In this document: piece by piece, positions 19,898 through 30,639 of the stretch
Position numbering within the stretch: the stretch's first letter is position 1
Layout of the letters: each line of letters starts with the position of its first letter
NCBI RefSeq assembly: GCF_001194135.2
Contig: NC_069001.1
Coordinates: 33,795,250 to 33,828,737 of the forward strand
Origin: Octopus bimaculoides
Taxonomy: Eukaryota
Length of the DNA: 33,488 bases
Reading direction: 5' to 3'
The notes under the pieces: model-generated
Database searches by the model: none
What the model was told of the DNA's origin: nothing
What the model saw: only the letters and a program-made list of their open reading frames with translations
Translations under genes and position numbers: made by a program

Positions 19898-20669
19898 TTC
19901 AAAGCAGAAGCAATAAGAATAATATCTTAAAGTAAAATTAGATTAGTATTTTATATTTCAGAAAAGTATAGAACTCAAGTAGTGATGAATGGAAAATTTT
20001 GGTGAAGTTTTCGAAAGAAAAGTATCCAGAAGCAATAACCAGGGCTAAATTTTAAATTTCGAGGGAAAAGTTTTGAATTCAATACAACTGCATCAAAGCT
20101 GCATATGGAATGCATGCAAATGTTATTTAAAATATGCAACAGCAAATTTATATATATATATAAAGAAAAAATAAAAAACTACAAAAGCAACCATAATCAC
20201 ACACTTATGCAACAAAATTATAACAAACTATTTTAATTGTGTTTTCAAATTTAGCAATATCTTAATTAAATTATCATCATTTAACGATTTCTTTAAATTT
20301 CTTACATGAAATCAAATTTAAAATGTTAAACAAATATTGAGATTTTCAAGCTTTTCTGAAGAAAAATGAGAAATAAAAAAACAGCACAGGTTCATAATAA
20401 TAATAATAGTCAGCAATTATTATGCAGGTCCGAGAAAGTTAATTAGGTAACGTGGAGGGAAAACTAAGAAATCCAAGCTGTAACGTATGATGATGGGCGG
20501 CGGCGGTTGTGTATCTACATAAATAGCCCGGGGTGGCTGAAACAGAGCAAGGACCTCCCTCTCCACTTCACAATTACTAGACTAGAATATTAAAAATTAA
20601 AATTAATTATAATTCAAAAGGACAATATACTTAAGTAATGATTAAAAAAAAATAATAATCAAGTGTTTT

Positions 20670-20790
20670 AAGTGGGGCGAGAACTTAGGGCGGCCGAGTT
20701 TCTTATCCAGTTCTTCTCCCTGATTGTAGTCAGGTAGGATCAACAAGTTTGAAAGCGCCAAAGCTGACAACAAGCGCGCCGAGCCCTTAA
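20670..20790. promoter_or_regulatory. GC-rich patch with a canonical E2F site
   Basis: GCGCCAAA (rc TTTGGCGC) at 20755-20762, next to TTTGAA (20748-20753). GCGCGCC near 20774. Confidence 0.4.
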
Positions 20791-21697
20791 CTACTCGACA
20801 TCAGGGAATATAAAACCAGGAGCAAAATACCTGGTATGGCCTGATGACGAAGATATTTGTTTTATATCAGAAATATACCAATATATTTTACATTAATACG
20901 AGATAAACGTCTGGCAACTATAAAATAATTCGATGTGCCAATGCAATGTTATATAAATAAATAAATATATATATATATACATATTCAAAACAATATCACT
21001 TGTCATATTACATATATATCAAACATCAAAATAGAGGCTTCAACAACCATCAAATTAATGTGTTTATATCAGACTTGATATTTAAATAGAGCAATGTATT
21101 TTCAAATTACAATCGCAATAAATACTATCATAAATAGATAGATTAACGTTGATGATTTCTGTTTCTGAATATATTATATTAAGGAACGTACAAATCATTG
21201 TTATACTATTCAAAGTTTACTAGTGATATACAAATGTCAGTTACAACTTCAAATTAACATTAACCTAACTATAACCTCAACCATTATTAATCGTTGTGAT
21301 CTGAAGTATATTTTACAAATTTACTATTACTTAGATTACACAAAGTCAAGAAGTTTTAGACACAGCTAACTAAAAAAAAAGCGGTGATATTTAGTCTGTC
21401 CACAAAAATTAACCTTGAAGTAGTCATAATCTCATTTCAAATAATTACACATGTTGATATCATCGACTAAGACTATTATTTCTAGAGAAAAGGGAAATAA
21501 TAAATGACATACAGCTCTCGGCAGAAAGGACATTAACACTAACTGAAATGGAATCGAAACCGGGTCGATGACTTTTAAAGGATCATTATTTCCTATAGCG
21601 ATCATTATGTACACCCTCATATTCTCATAATTATATACGATCGATCACGATAATGATTTTGGAGAGGAATAAAAAGAAAAGTAAAGATAGATCTTAC

Positions 21698-21950
21698 CGT
21701 CTCGGTTAAGATTGAACCGCTGCCAACAAACTTTACATCTACGATCGTCCACAAACACAGCAATTTCCACACGGTATGAAGGATTGAAGTGACATCGAAT
21801 AGAGAAAGAAATAGACCCCGTTTGGATAAAGAAGAGAAATGTATGAACGTTAAAAAAAACCCTAAAGAAGCACAGATGACAGAAACCAAGTCTGAAAAAA
21901 AGTTTTGGTGGGTTTGCAAGTTGTGCAGTAAAAGCGACACAGGACAGAAA
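21698..21950 (-). other. Probable non-coding first (or early) exon of E2F7/8
   Basis: Strong donor ACG|GTAAGA at 21698/21697. Splicing to 18454 gives ...ACG AG ATG G (purine at -3, G at +4). The 5' end is approximate, and a possible internal acceptor (T-run CAG) lies near 21883. Confidence 0.55.
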
Positions 21951-21959
21951 TAAACTCTA

Positions 21960-22440
21960 ATTAAAATTGGCGCGCAGCGTTTGTACGAAGCCGGGTCAGC
22001 CCTCTCTTCTCAGCTACTCAAACAATTGACCAATCAGCGAGCTCGGCGCCGACTTTGATTGACAGTGCTGTGACCAATAACAATACAACTGTGCCCGCGT
22101 GTCGTCATTGCAGCATACCTATACATAGACTCAGTAGTAACTTCTGTCATCCTCTCTACACTGACATGCCACTACACGCCGACTACATTTCTTAACATGC
22201 AGAAACAAATGAATATTCTCTCTCTCGCTCTCTCTCTTTATATATATATATATATTTACATACACACACACACGTATTTTTTTGTCGGTTCCACGTTTTT
22301 AAAGGGAGGGAAAGGAAAGAAAACAACTAGATATGTTTCAAAAGTAGATCACGAGACCGGTCACGTTTGTTGTATCTCCAAACTCATATTTCCCGCGATA
22401 ATTGGATGGCTACCGCCTTGATTCCCCGCCAAATTTTACC
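21960..22440 (-). promoter_or_regulatory. Distal promoter of E2F7/8 with CCAAT boxes and E2F sites
   Basis: TTGGCGCG (21967-21974), CCAAT (22030-22034 and 22074-22078), TTTCCCGCG (22389-22397), ATTGG (22401-22405) and rc TTTGGCGGGGAA (22422-22433). Local CpG enrichment. Confidence 0.65.
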
Positions 22441-23309
22441 ATTTTTAAATCCATCACATCATATCACTACATCTTTAGCACTTCATATGTCATCAGTTCA
22501 TGTTACAAAGCGTTTTTACAGTTGCTTCGACAAATCGATGCTATTTAATGCCATTAATATTCACTTGGAAGATAAATACGTGATGTATCTATTTACGATG
22601 TGATTTTATTATACTGATGTTTTACAGAGTTTCAATAAGTTTTTTCACCACTTTCCTACCATTTTAATGATGAAGAAATAAACAGACTATAAATTAATAT
22701 TTGTTTCTTAACTAAAAAAAAATGTTTATATATTACATATACATTTCAAAGACGTTTTCTGCAGTTTGCAATTAGTTTGTTAAATATAAGTACAAGTACT
22801 ATTTTGATTAGTTTTCTTCGTATAAGCTGTTTTAATTTTCACATAAGCTTTTCTTTCTTTCAGTGAATACTTAAAACTAGCATAAGTTCAAATTTAAAAT
22901 TTGTTCTTATCAGCTACAGTCACATCCCCGAAGATTGCATCTTTGGAATCGCTTCGATAACGTTCTTCAAAATAACATTAATTTCCTTCAAAAGCTCTCC
23001 TTTTGATGTAGTGAGAAAGTATATTTTCACAATGTCAGAATGTAGAGAAAATGCTGCATCTAACTTATGTTAAGCAACTTATTCTATTATGTACATAGAC
23101 AAACGAACGCATTGGCATTGATTTCGAAATAAGATACTGCACGTTCACAATTTCATATATGTGTGTGTGTGCCTGTGCGCGCGTGTTTCTAAGTCAAACA
23201 TTCAAATGCCAATAGATTTCTGCTGAAAAAATACTTCCATTTCGAGAAATTTATTGAACAGATTTTAGTTCTCACAGTCCACCACTAGTATATGAGTGTT
23301 TCACCCTTC

Positions 23310-23315
23310 CTCTCT

Positions 23316-23366
<51 letters not shown>
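23310..23366. repeat. (CT)n(TA)n compound microsatellite
   Basis: Direct inspection. Confidence 0.95.
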
Positions 23367-23799
23367 GTTCAGATATAGAACACAAATTTAGTCAGACAAA
23401 AATGTGTACATGTATGTGTGTATAGCCTATATAAAACTTAGATATATACATGTCAAATATAGTAGATCTTAATTTGTCTCACTCCACCTATATCATTACT
23501 AAAATGCCTCAACAAGTTTGAAAATTCACAACAGCCACATAGGCCATCATGATATAAAATAGAACAGAGTTGAAGGAGTAGGCAATATCACAATGAAAAT
23601 ATGACAAAATATATACATACACATGCAGGTCTCCCCCTCTAACTCAGTGTATGCATGTGTGTGTAAATATATATATATATAGTTTTAGGGAAAAGAACCA
23701 AGTTTCATGAACTCATCGATGAAAATCCACTATGACATATAGAAAAATTAATAATTAAAAGCACAATAAATGAGTATAATATAATTTTGGATTTTGTCC

Positions 23800-23802
<3 letters not shown>

Positions 23803-23869
<67 letters not shown>
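23803..23869. repeat. (TA)n microsatellite
   Basis: Direct inspection. Confidence 0.95.
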
Positions 23870-23873
<4 letters not shown>

Positions 23874-24157
23874 ATCAGTCAATAGTTCATAAATCTGAAA
23901 AGTAGTACTCTCTAAAACTTTAGAGCAGTAATACTTAAAATGTTGCTGGTCAGAGTTACAGAGGTTATGTGCCTCTGGCCAACATGTCTGACAAGTCTCC
24001 TACATCAAGGACTTTATGGGTGCGAAACCAAAGGTCACTGACTGACCAGAAGCCTTTTAAGTATATATATGTTAAAGATGGTTCTGTAAGGCATTGTTAT
24101 ACCTCACAATGCTTCGCCAAAACTCATCATTATCATTTAACATATAATCATATATAT

Positions 24158-24465
24158 GTGGAAGTGTGTGTGGCCTTGTGGTCAGGATGCTGCGCTTGTG
24201 CAATTGCGGTTTCAATTCCTAAACTGGGCAGTGCATCGTGTTTTTGAGCAAAACACTTCATTTCACGTGGCTTCAGTCCATTTAGCTATGAGTTACCTTT
24301 TGATGGACTGGAGTTCTGTTTAGTGGGAATGTTATGACCTCACTCACTTAAATGCCTGCTCATCTATCCTGTGGAGTGGTATCATTTGAAAGGTACAACA
24401 CTGCAAGGAAGCACACTGTGATCAGAATTGTGTAACAACATCTGATAGTCTGGTCAATCCCATGA
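24158..24465 (+). mobile_element. SINE family C (tRNA-derived, V-SINE-like central block), diverged
   Basis: A-box-like gtggccttgtggtcagg, B-box-like ggtttcaattcc, then ttgagcaaaacacttcatttcacgtggcttcagtcca...gatggactgg. The 3' boundary is approximate. Confidence 0.6.
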
Positions 24466-24492
24466 TAAAAAGGGAGCGGCAGAAGTAACGCC

Positions 24493-24727
24493 GTTCTTAA
24501 GGCGGCGAGCTGGCAGAATCGGTAGCATGTCGGGCGAAATGCTTAGCGGTATTTCATCTGTCTTTACGTTCTGAGTTCAAATTCCGCCGAGGCTGACTTT
24601 GCCTTTCATCCTTTCGGGGTCGATAGATTAAGTACCAGTTATGCATCGGGGTCGATCCAATCGACTTAATTCCTTTGTCCTTGTTTGTCAGCTCTGTGTA
24701 TAGCCCCTTGTGGGCAGTAAAAAAATA
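24493..24727 (+). mobile_element. SINE family B, full length with 12-bp TSD
   Basis: Head ggcggcgagctggcagaatcggtagc and B-box-like gagttcaaattcc, with an A-rich end. Direct repeat AGAAGTAACGCC at 24481-24492 and 24728-24739. Confidence 0.92.
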
Positions 24728-25141
24728 AGAAGTAACGCCCTTTATATTTAGTAATTTTTATAAGTATATATGAGTGTGTATGTATATGGATGTATGAGTA
24801 TATACATGTGAATACGAGTATGTGTGTTGGTAAGTATGTGTGTATAAATGTGTGAGTTTGCTGTTTAAAATCCCTATGCAGAATATGTGTGTGTGTGTGT
24901 TTGCAGTTTAAGATTCCTACTTACTAAAGGAACTCTGATACCAATAAAAGAACAGTTTGAAAACCACTTTTAAACAAGTAACTCAAAACAGAGTCACAAT
25001 TTTTAAACACCTAATGATATATAAACATCTAATCATTAAAGTAGAAAACTTATGAATAACGGCCTTCCTATTAATTTTTCAGATACACACACACATACAT
25101 ATATATGCACACACATTCATATATATATATATATATATATA

Positions 25142-25347
25142 NNNNNNNNNNNNNNNNNNNNNNNNNNNNNNNNNNNNNNNNNNNNNNNNNNNNNNNNNNN
25201 NNNNNNNNNNNNNNNNNNNNNNNNNNNNNNNNNNNNNNNNNNNNNNNNNNNNNNNNNNNNNNNNNNNNNNNNNNNNNNNNNNNNNNNNNNNNNNNNNNNN
25301 NNNNNNNNNNNNNNNNNNNNNNNNNNNNNNNNNNNNNNNNNNNNNNN
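25142..25347. other. Assembly gap (206 N)
   Basis: Run of N. Confidence 1.
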
Positions 25348-25461
25348 CTGTAGAAACTCTGCCAAATCAGATTGGAGCCTGGTGTCACTTCCTGGTCCAC
25401 CAGTCCTCAGTCAAATCGTCCAACCCATGCTAGCATGGAAAGCGGACGTTAAACGACGACG

Positions 25462-25463
<2 letters not shown>
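25348..25463 (+). mobile_element. RTE-clade 3' tail emerging from the gap
   Basis: gaaactctgccaaatcagattggagcctggtg...aacccatgctagcatggaaagcggacgttaaacgacgac. Confidence 0.88.

Positions 25464-25465
<2 letters not shown>

Positions 25466-25508
<43 letters not shown>
25466..25508. repeat. (TA)n microsatellite
   Basis: Direct inspection. Confidence 0.95.
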
Positions 25509-25510
<2 letters not shown>

Positions 25511-25530
25511 GCACACACATAATGTATTTT

Positions 25531-25697
25531 AGCTGGCAGAATTGTTAGGATGCTGGACAAAATGCTTAGCAGCATTTCATCTGAGTTTCAAATGCTGCAG
25601 GGTATTTCAGGGTTGGTAAAATTAGTGCCAGCTGAGAACATGTAACTGACTCAGCCCCACTCCTAAACTTGCTGGCCTTGTTCCAAAATTCGAAACC
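25531..25697 (+). mobile_element. SINE family B, diverged and internally deleted
   Basis: agctggcagaattgttagg...aaatgcttagcagcatttc...cttgctggccttg. Confidence 0.75.
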
Positions 25698-26009
25698 AAT
25701 ATATATATATCATATTTTGTTCTTCATTATATTTTTCCTCTCACCCATTCCCCATCCACTCTTGAAAACCTCCACCCATCCTCATCCCCTGTTCTTCTCT
25801 TCTCACTCATTTCTACTGAATTTGTATCTTCTAAGTCCACCTTGTATATATACATGTGTGTGCGTGTGTTTGTGTGAGTGCATGTTTTATTTGAACAAAT
25901 GTTATCTCCTGTATGATGGTGAAGTTTGCTCACAATTAATGCACAATGACAAGAATGTGCATGCATATACACATGCCTACAGCATGCACACTGATACATA
26001 AATACAAGA

Positions 26010-26140
26010 TAGGCTTCTTTTTAAGTTTCGTCAGCTTAACTCCCTCACAAGGCTTTGATCAACCTATGGCTATGATAGAAAACACTTGTGCAAGACACCA
26101 CATACTGAGAATGAACCCAAAACCACATAGCCATGCTTGT
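26010..26140 (-). mobile_element. SINE family A, 5' fragment
   Basis: ctcacaaggctttg...ggctatgatagaaaacacttg...gaacccaaaaccacat. Confidence 0.7.
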
Positions 26141-26648
26141 GCTTAGGCATCTCTGTACAGCATTTCATCCAATGTTACCAACAGCAAATTATGACAGCAG
26201 CAGACATTGGTATTTTTGTGGAAATACCTAGTAATACAGATTAAGTATGAGTAAGTCCTGAGCATTATGAGATGAATATTGTTGGCTACACTATGTCCGT
26301 GGGGCATAGATGAAATATAATGGATCAAGTGGTGGGTGGGGCAATGAATTCTTTTTTTTTTTTTGAATTACCACCAACAGTTGATGGCGTTGAAAAGTGA
26401 ACTGAACAGAAACAACAAGCAGAAAAGATGAAATATAAAATCAAAACTGGTTTTTATAACACCCTGCTGGATATATTGTGTTAATATATGAAAAATATGC
26501 TAGAGCCAAAATGATTTCTTTTATGCATTTATATATATTTTTTTACTTGTGATTTTAATGCATAAATGGATTTAATGCATAAAAAACCTGTGACTATATA
26601 TATAATGTATACAGGTATAAACATATGCTTGTACATCTGCATTTACAT

Positions 26649-27505
26649 ATCATCATCATCATCATCATCATCGTTTAACGTCCGCTTTCCATGCTAGCAT
26701 GGGTTGGACGATTTGACTGAGGACTGGTGAAACCGGATGGCAACACCAGGCTCCAATCTAATTTGGCAGAGTTTCTACAGCTGGATGCCCTTCCTAACGC
26801 CAACCACTCAGAGAGTGTAGTGGGTGCTTTTACGTGTCACCCGCACGAAAACGGCCACGCTCGAAATGGTGTCTTTTATGTGCCACCCGCACAAGCCAGT
26901 CCAGGGGCACTGGCAACGATCTCACTCGAAAATCCTATGGGAGCCAGTCAGGCGGTACTGGCAACGGCCACACTCAAAATGGTGCATCTCATGTNNNNNN
27001 NNNNNNNNNNNNNNNNNNNNNNNNNNNNNNNNNNNNNNNNNNNNNNNNNNNNNNNNNNNNNNNNNNNNNNNNNNNNNNNNNNNNNNNNNNNNNNNNNNNN
27101 NNNNNNNNNNNNNNNNNNNNNNNNNNNNNNNNNNNNNNNNNNNNNNNNNNNNNNNNNNNNNNNNNNNNNNNNNNNNNNNNNNNNNNNNNNNNNTGTGGCA
27201 CTTTTTCACGCAGCTATCCTCATCCATTCTCACCACATGTCCATACCAGCGCAATCGTCTCTCTTGCACACCACAACTGATGCATGGCTATTCGTACGCA
27301 TGCGTCATACAGTCTGCCTTTTACTCTGAGTGAGAGTCCCTTTGTCGCCAACAGGAGTAAGAGCTCTCTAAACTTTGCCCAGGCTATTCTTATTCTAGCA
27401 GCTACACTTTCAGCGCACCCACCCCCACTACTAACTTGGTCGCCCAGATAGCGGAAGCTATCGACTACCTCTAGTTTTTCACCCTGGAATGAGATAGAAG
27501 TTGTT
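26649..27505 (-). mobile_element. 5'-truncated RTE-clade (RTEX-like) LINE: end of RT ORF, repetitive 3' UTR and (GAT)n tail; spans a gap
   Basis: GEKLEVVDSFRYLGDQVSSGGGCAESVAARIRIAWAKFRELL...RVKGRLYDACVR and, in another frame, QERRLRWYGHVVRMDEDSCVKKC. The 3' end has a GGATGCCCTTCC motif on the opposite strand and (ATC)n at 26649-26672. Confidence 0.92.
26995..27193. other. Assembly gap (199 N)
   Basis: Run of N. Confidence 1.
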
Positions 27506-27601
27506 GTTTGTAATAATAAAAATTCTGTGGATACTTGTGAATTTTCAGGCTTGTGTTTGGTAGAACAAAGAATTTCCAGATTACAGTTTATCTGATAGCC
27601 T

Positions 27602-27611
27602 NNNNNNNNNN
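27602..27611. other. Assembly gap (10 N) followed by (TA)n to about 27648
   Basis: Run of N. Confidence 1.
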
Positions 27612-27655
<44 letters not shown>

Positions 27656-27734
27656 TTTTATTAGTATTTGGCAGAAGTAACAGTAGCTCAAGGGCCATGA
27701 GTTTCATGTGTTAGCTCTTATATATACAGATCTT

Positions 27735-27925
27735 TTATAATTTATTTGTTTCAGTCTTAGACTGCGGCCATGCTGGGGCACCACCTCACAGAATTTTTCG
27801 TCAAATGAATCGACACCAGTACTTTTTTTAAGCCTCGTTCTTATTCTGTTAGTCCATTTTGGTGAATTGCTAAGTTAAGAGGATGTAAACAAGTGATGGA
27901 GGGGGACTAACACAGACCCATGACA
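27735..27925 (-). mobile_element. SINE family A, 3' half
   Basis: ttgtttcagtc...gactgcggccatgctggggcaccacc...gaatcgac.ccagtactt...cttattct...gtaaac. Confidence 0.8.
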
Positions 27926-28289
27926 CACACATATATATATGTGAAGGTGGACTGGCAGGGGGAAGTGTGCAACAGGGTAAGGGGAAAATGAAATAGCCCA
28001 TTGTTTTTATTATAGTGCATTGTTGTACCATTCAAAACTTTTTATTCTTTAAAAAGGTTAAAAGATGTAATGCATGTGTGAAAGGGATCAGCAGAAAGGG
28101 TACACTGTATGCTTGGCAGGGTACAAAATATCTCAGCCTCTAAAAATTTGGCTCAACAAATCCTGACTGAATCAAGCAAGCATGGAAAAATAAATGTCAA
28201 AATGATAATTAATGAATGTATGTGAGTGTGTACATATGTATGCATAGATTCGTATATGTACGTATACATATATATATATGAAAACACAT

Positions 28290-28426
28290 AGATAGATAGA
28301 CATAGCTAGACAGATAAATAGATATGTAGGCAGGTAGATAGATGGGTAGATATATAGATTGATGGATAAATAGGTAGAAAGAGAGATACATATATACTTA
28401 ACTGTGAATACGTGCGTTTTTGTGCA

Positions 28427-28488
<62 letters not shown>
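28290..28488. repeat. Degenerate (GATA)n followed by a long (TA)n microsatellite
   Basis: Direct inspection. Confidence 0.9.
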
Positions 28489-28492
<4 letters not shown>

Positions 28493-28989
28493 AATATATT
28501 GAGTTTGTTTTAGACAGTGCTCAGATGCACTACAATACATGTATATTTACACGCATGCATGGTCTGTATGTATTCCTACTGTTATGTGTGTGTGTCTTGA
28601 CGTTTTTGCGTGTACACACACAAACATACTCATGCATGCACACTCACACATTATCAGCCTGGATGAATGGTTGTATAAAACAATAAAATGCATATCAGCA
28701 GCATTAAAGATCAAAGGTGAGAGGTCAGATCACACAGGAGGAGGTTAATAGGTTACTATTTACATAAATCTATTGGGTGAGAATCATGGCTCCTTTCATA
28801 GCAGCAAGATTAGGCTCCAGCATGGATTCTCTGACAGTTCAAAAATAATTGAAACCATTTTACATATGTCAGTTTATTTTAAACGTTATAAGACAACTGG
28901 GGTCAGCTGTAATTGTGTTAGAAAGCAGGAACATGCCATTATTTTTGTCTATCAAGAATGCAGTAAAACTGGAATCATTATAATCAAAT

Positions 28990-29160
28990 TGGATAAAATG
29001 CTAAGTGGCATTTCTTTCAGTTCTTTACATTCTGAGTTCAAACTCTGCTGAAGTCACCTTTGCCTTTCATCCTTTCAGGGTCAATAAAATAAGTACCAGC
29101 TGAATACTGGGGTTGATATAATCGATTAGCCCCCTTGCCCAAATTTCAGGCCTTGTGACT
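28990..29160 (+). mobile_element. SINE family B, 5'-eroded
   Basis: aaatgctaagtggcattt...ttctgagttcaaa...tttgcctttcatcctttcagggtcaataaaataagtaccag...ctggggttgat. Confidence 0.85.
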
Positions 29161-29172
29161 TTAATTGAAAGG

Positions 29173-29173
<1 letters not shown>

Positions 29174-29237
<64 letters not shown>

Positions 29238-29252
29238 CATCATCATTATTAT
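29174..29252. repeat. (ATT)n/(ATC)n trinucleotide microsatellite
   Basis: Direct inspection. Confidence 0.95.
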
Positions 29253-29257
29253 TAAAA

Positions 29258-29410
29258 TGGCAAATTGGCAGAATTGTTAGTGTGCTGGACAAAATGCTTC
29301 AAGACATTTCTTGCAGGTTTATGGTCTGAGTTTTCAGGGATGATAAATTACGTACCAGTTATGCACTGGGGTTGATGTAATCGACTGGTCACCTCTCTGC
29401 AAATATCAGG
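29258..29410 (+). mobile_element. SINE family B, internally deleted
   Basis: ttggcagaattgttag...aaaatgctt...gtaccagttatgcactggggttgatgtaatcgact. Confidence 0.8.
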
Positions 29411-29455
29411 TCATATATGTACATACATATATATATATATGTACATATATATATA

Positions 29456-29868
29456 GGCGTAGGAGTGGCTGTGTGGTAAGTAGCTTGCTTACAAACCACA
29501 TGGTCCCGGGTTCAGTCCCACTGCGTGGCATCTTGGGCAAGTGCCTTCTACTATAGCCTTGGGCCGACCAATGCCTTGTGAGTGGATTTGGTAGACGGAA
29601 ACTGAAAGAAGCCTGTCGTATATATGTATATATATATATATATGTATGTGTGTATGTGTTTGTATGTCTGTGTTTGTCCCCCCAACATCGCTTGACAACC
29701 GATGCTGGTGTGTTTACGTCCCCGTAACTTAGCGGTTCGGCAAAAGAGACCGAAAGAATAAGTACTAGGCTTCCAAAGAATAAGTCCTGGGGTCGATTTG
29801 CTCGACTAAAGGCGGTGCTCCAGCATGGCCACAGTCAAAAGACTGAAACAAGTAAAAGAGTAAAAGAG
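29456..29868 (+). mobile_element. SINE family A, full length (about 410 bp), tRNA-derived head with an internal (TA)/(TG) tract
   Basis: Pol III A-box TGGCTGTGTGG, B-box GGTTCAGTCCC and (AGTAAAAG)2 tail. More than ten further copies or fragments lie in the window. Confidence 0.93.
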
Positions 29869-30394
29869 TATATATATACACACACATATACATACAATCA
29901 AAGGCATACATAAATACACACACACACACACACATATATATACACATACATATGACAAGCATGTACATCAATGCACACACACACACACACTTGTATTCAT
30001 GTATGTACATTAAAAATTACAACAGTTTATTTTTAGTATTGTACAGATATCAACAAATTGACAACAGCGAAAGAAAGTTCGGTCATGGCTTGCTCATAAA
30101 GTCCTACACATCGAATTAGCTTTGCTTGTTCTATTTTCACACCCAATTGACAGATCTATTTTCTAGTTTATTACTCCTCTGTCCCTTGTCAAATTTGTCC
30201 ACAGTTCAGACAAAACATTATGGATATGCTATGAAATTAGACCAAGTTGGGTGGGCTGTATAAATGCTTCCACTCCCTTGCATATCATTAGTGTTTAATG
30301 AAAAGCCAATAAACCAAAACGTAACTCAATGTAAGACTTGTTCCTTTTCATTTTCTAAAAAAATTTCTGATGAAACTTGAAATTCCACTGACTT

Positions 30395-30465
30395 CGCTAT
30401 AGCCCCTGGTTGACTAAAGCCTAGTGGCCTTGGGATTGGATTTCGAAGATGGAAACTGAATGAAA
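30395..30465 (+). mobile_element. SINE family A, short internal fragment
   Basis: ctatagcc...gactaaagcc...tggattt...gatggaaactgaa. Confidence 0.5.
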
Positions 30466-30639
30466 CTTAATATATGTACATGTATGTATATTAGGTTTAT
30501 ATGTGTTTATTTCAGGTTACAAGAAATTTCCATTTCCTATTTTATGTTATGCGGACCTGAAACATGCATATTAAATGATTTCAAAATATCACTATTTCAT
30601 TTGACTTCATTATTAAAACCTATATATATTCTTTGTAAC

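Noticed and set aside
28172-28748. ORFs rich in YIYIYI/CVCV/HTHT (also 887-1135, 22197-22421 and 32545-32859)
   Set aside because: They are translations of (TA)n, (TG)n and (CA)n microsatellites.
28770-28850. Minus-strand ...tcag|AGAATCC frame giving ESMLEPNLAAMKGAMILTQ*
   Set aside because: Only 19 codons, with no partner exons. Any similarity to Hsp70/actin-fold motifs is too short to trust.
29456-29530. tRNA-like sequence with A and B boxes
   Set aside because: It is the head of a multi-copy SINE; no complete cloverleaf or acceptor stem was seen, so it is not called a tRNA gene.
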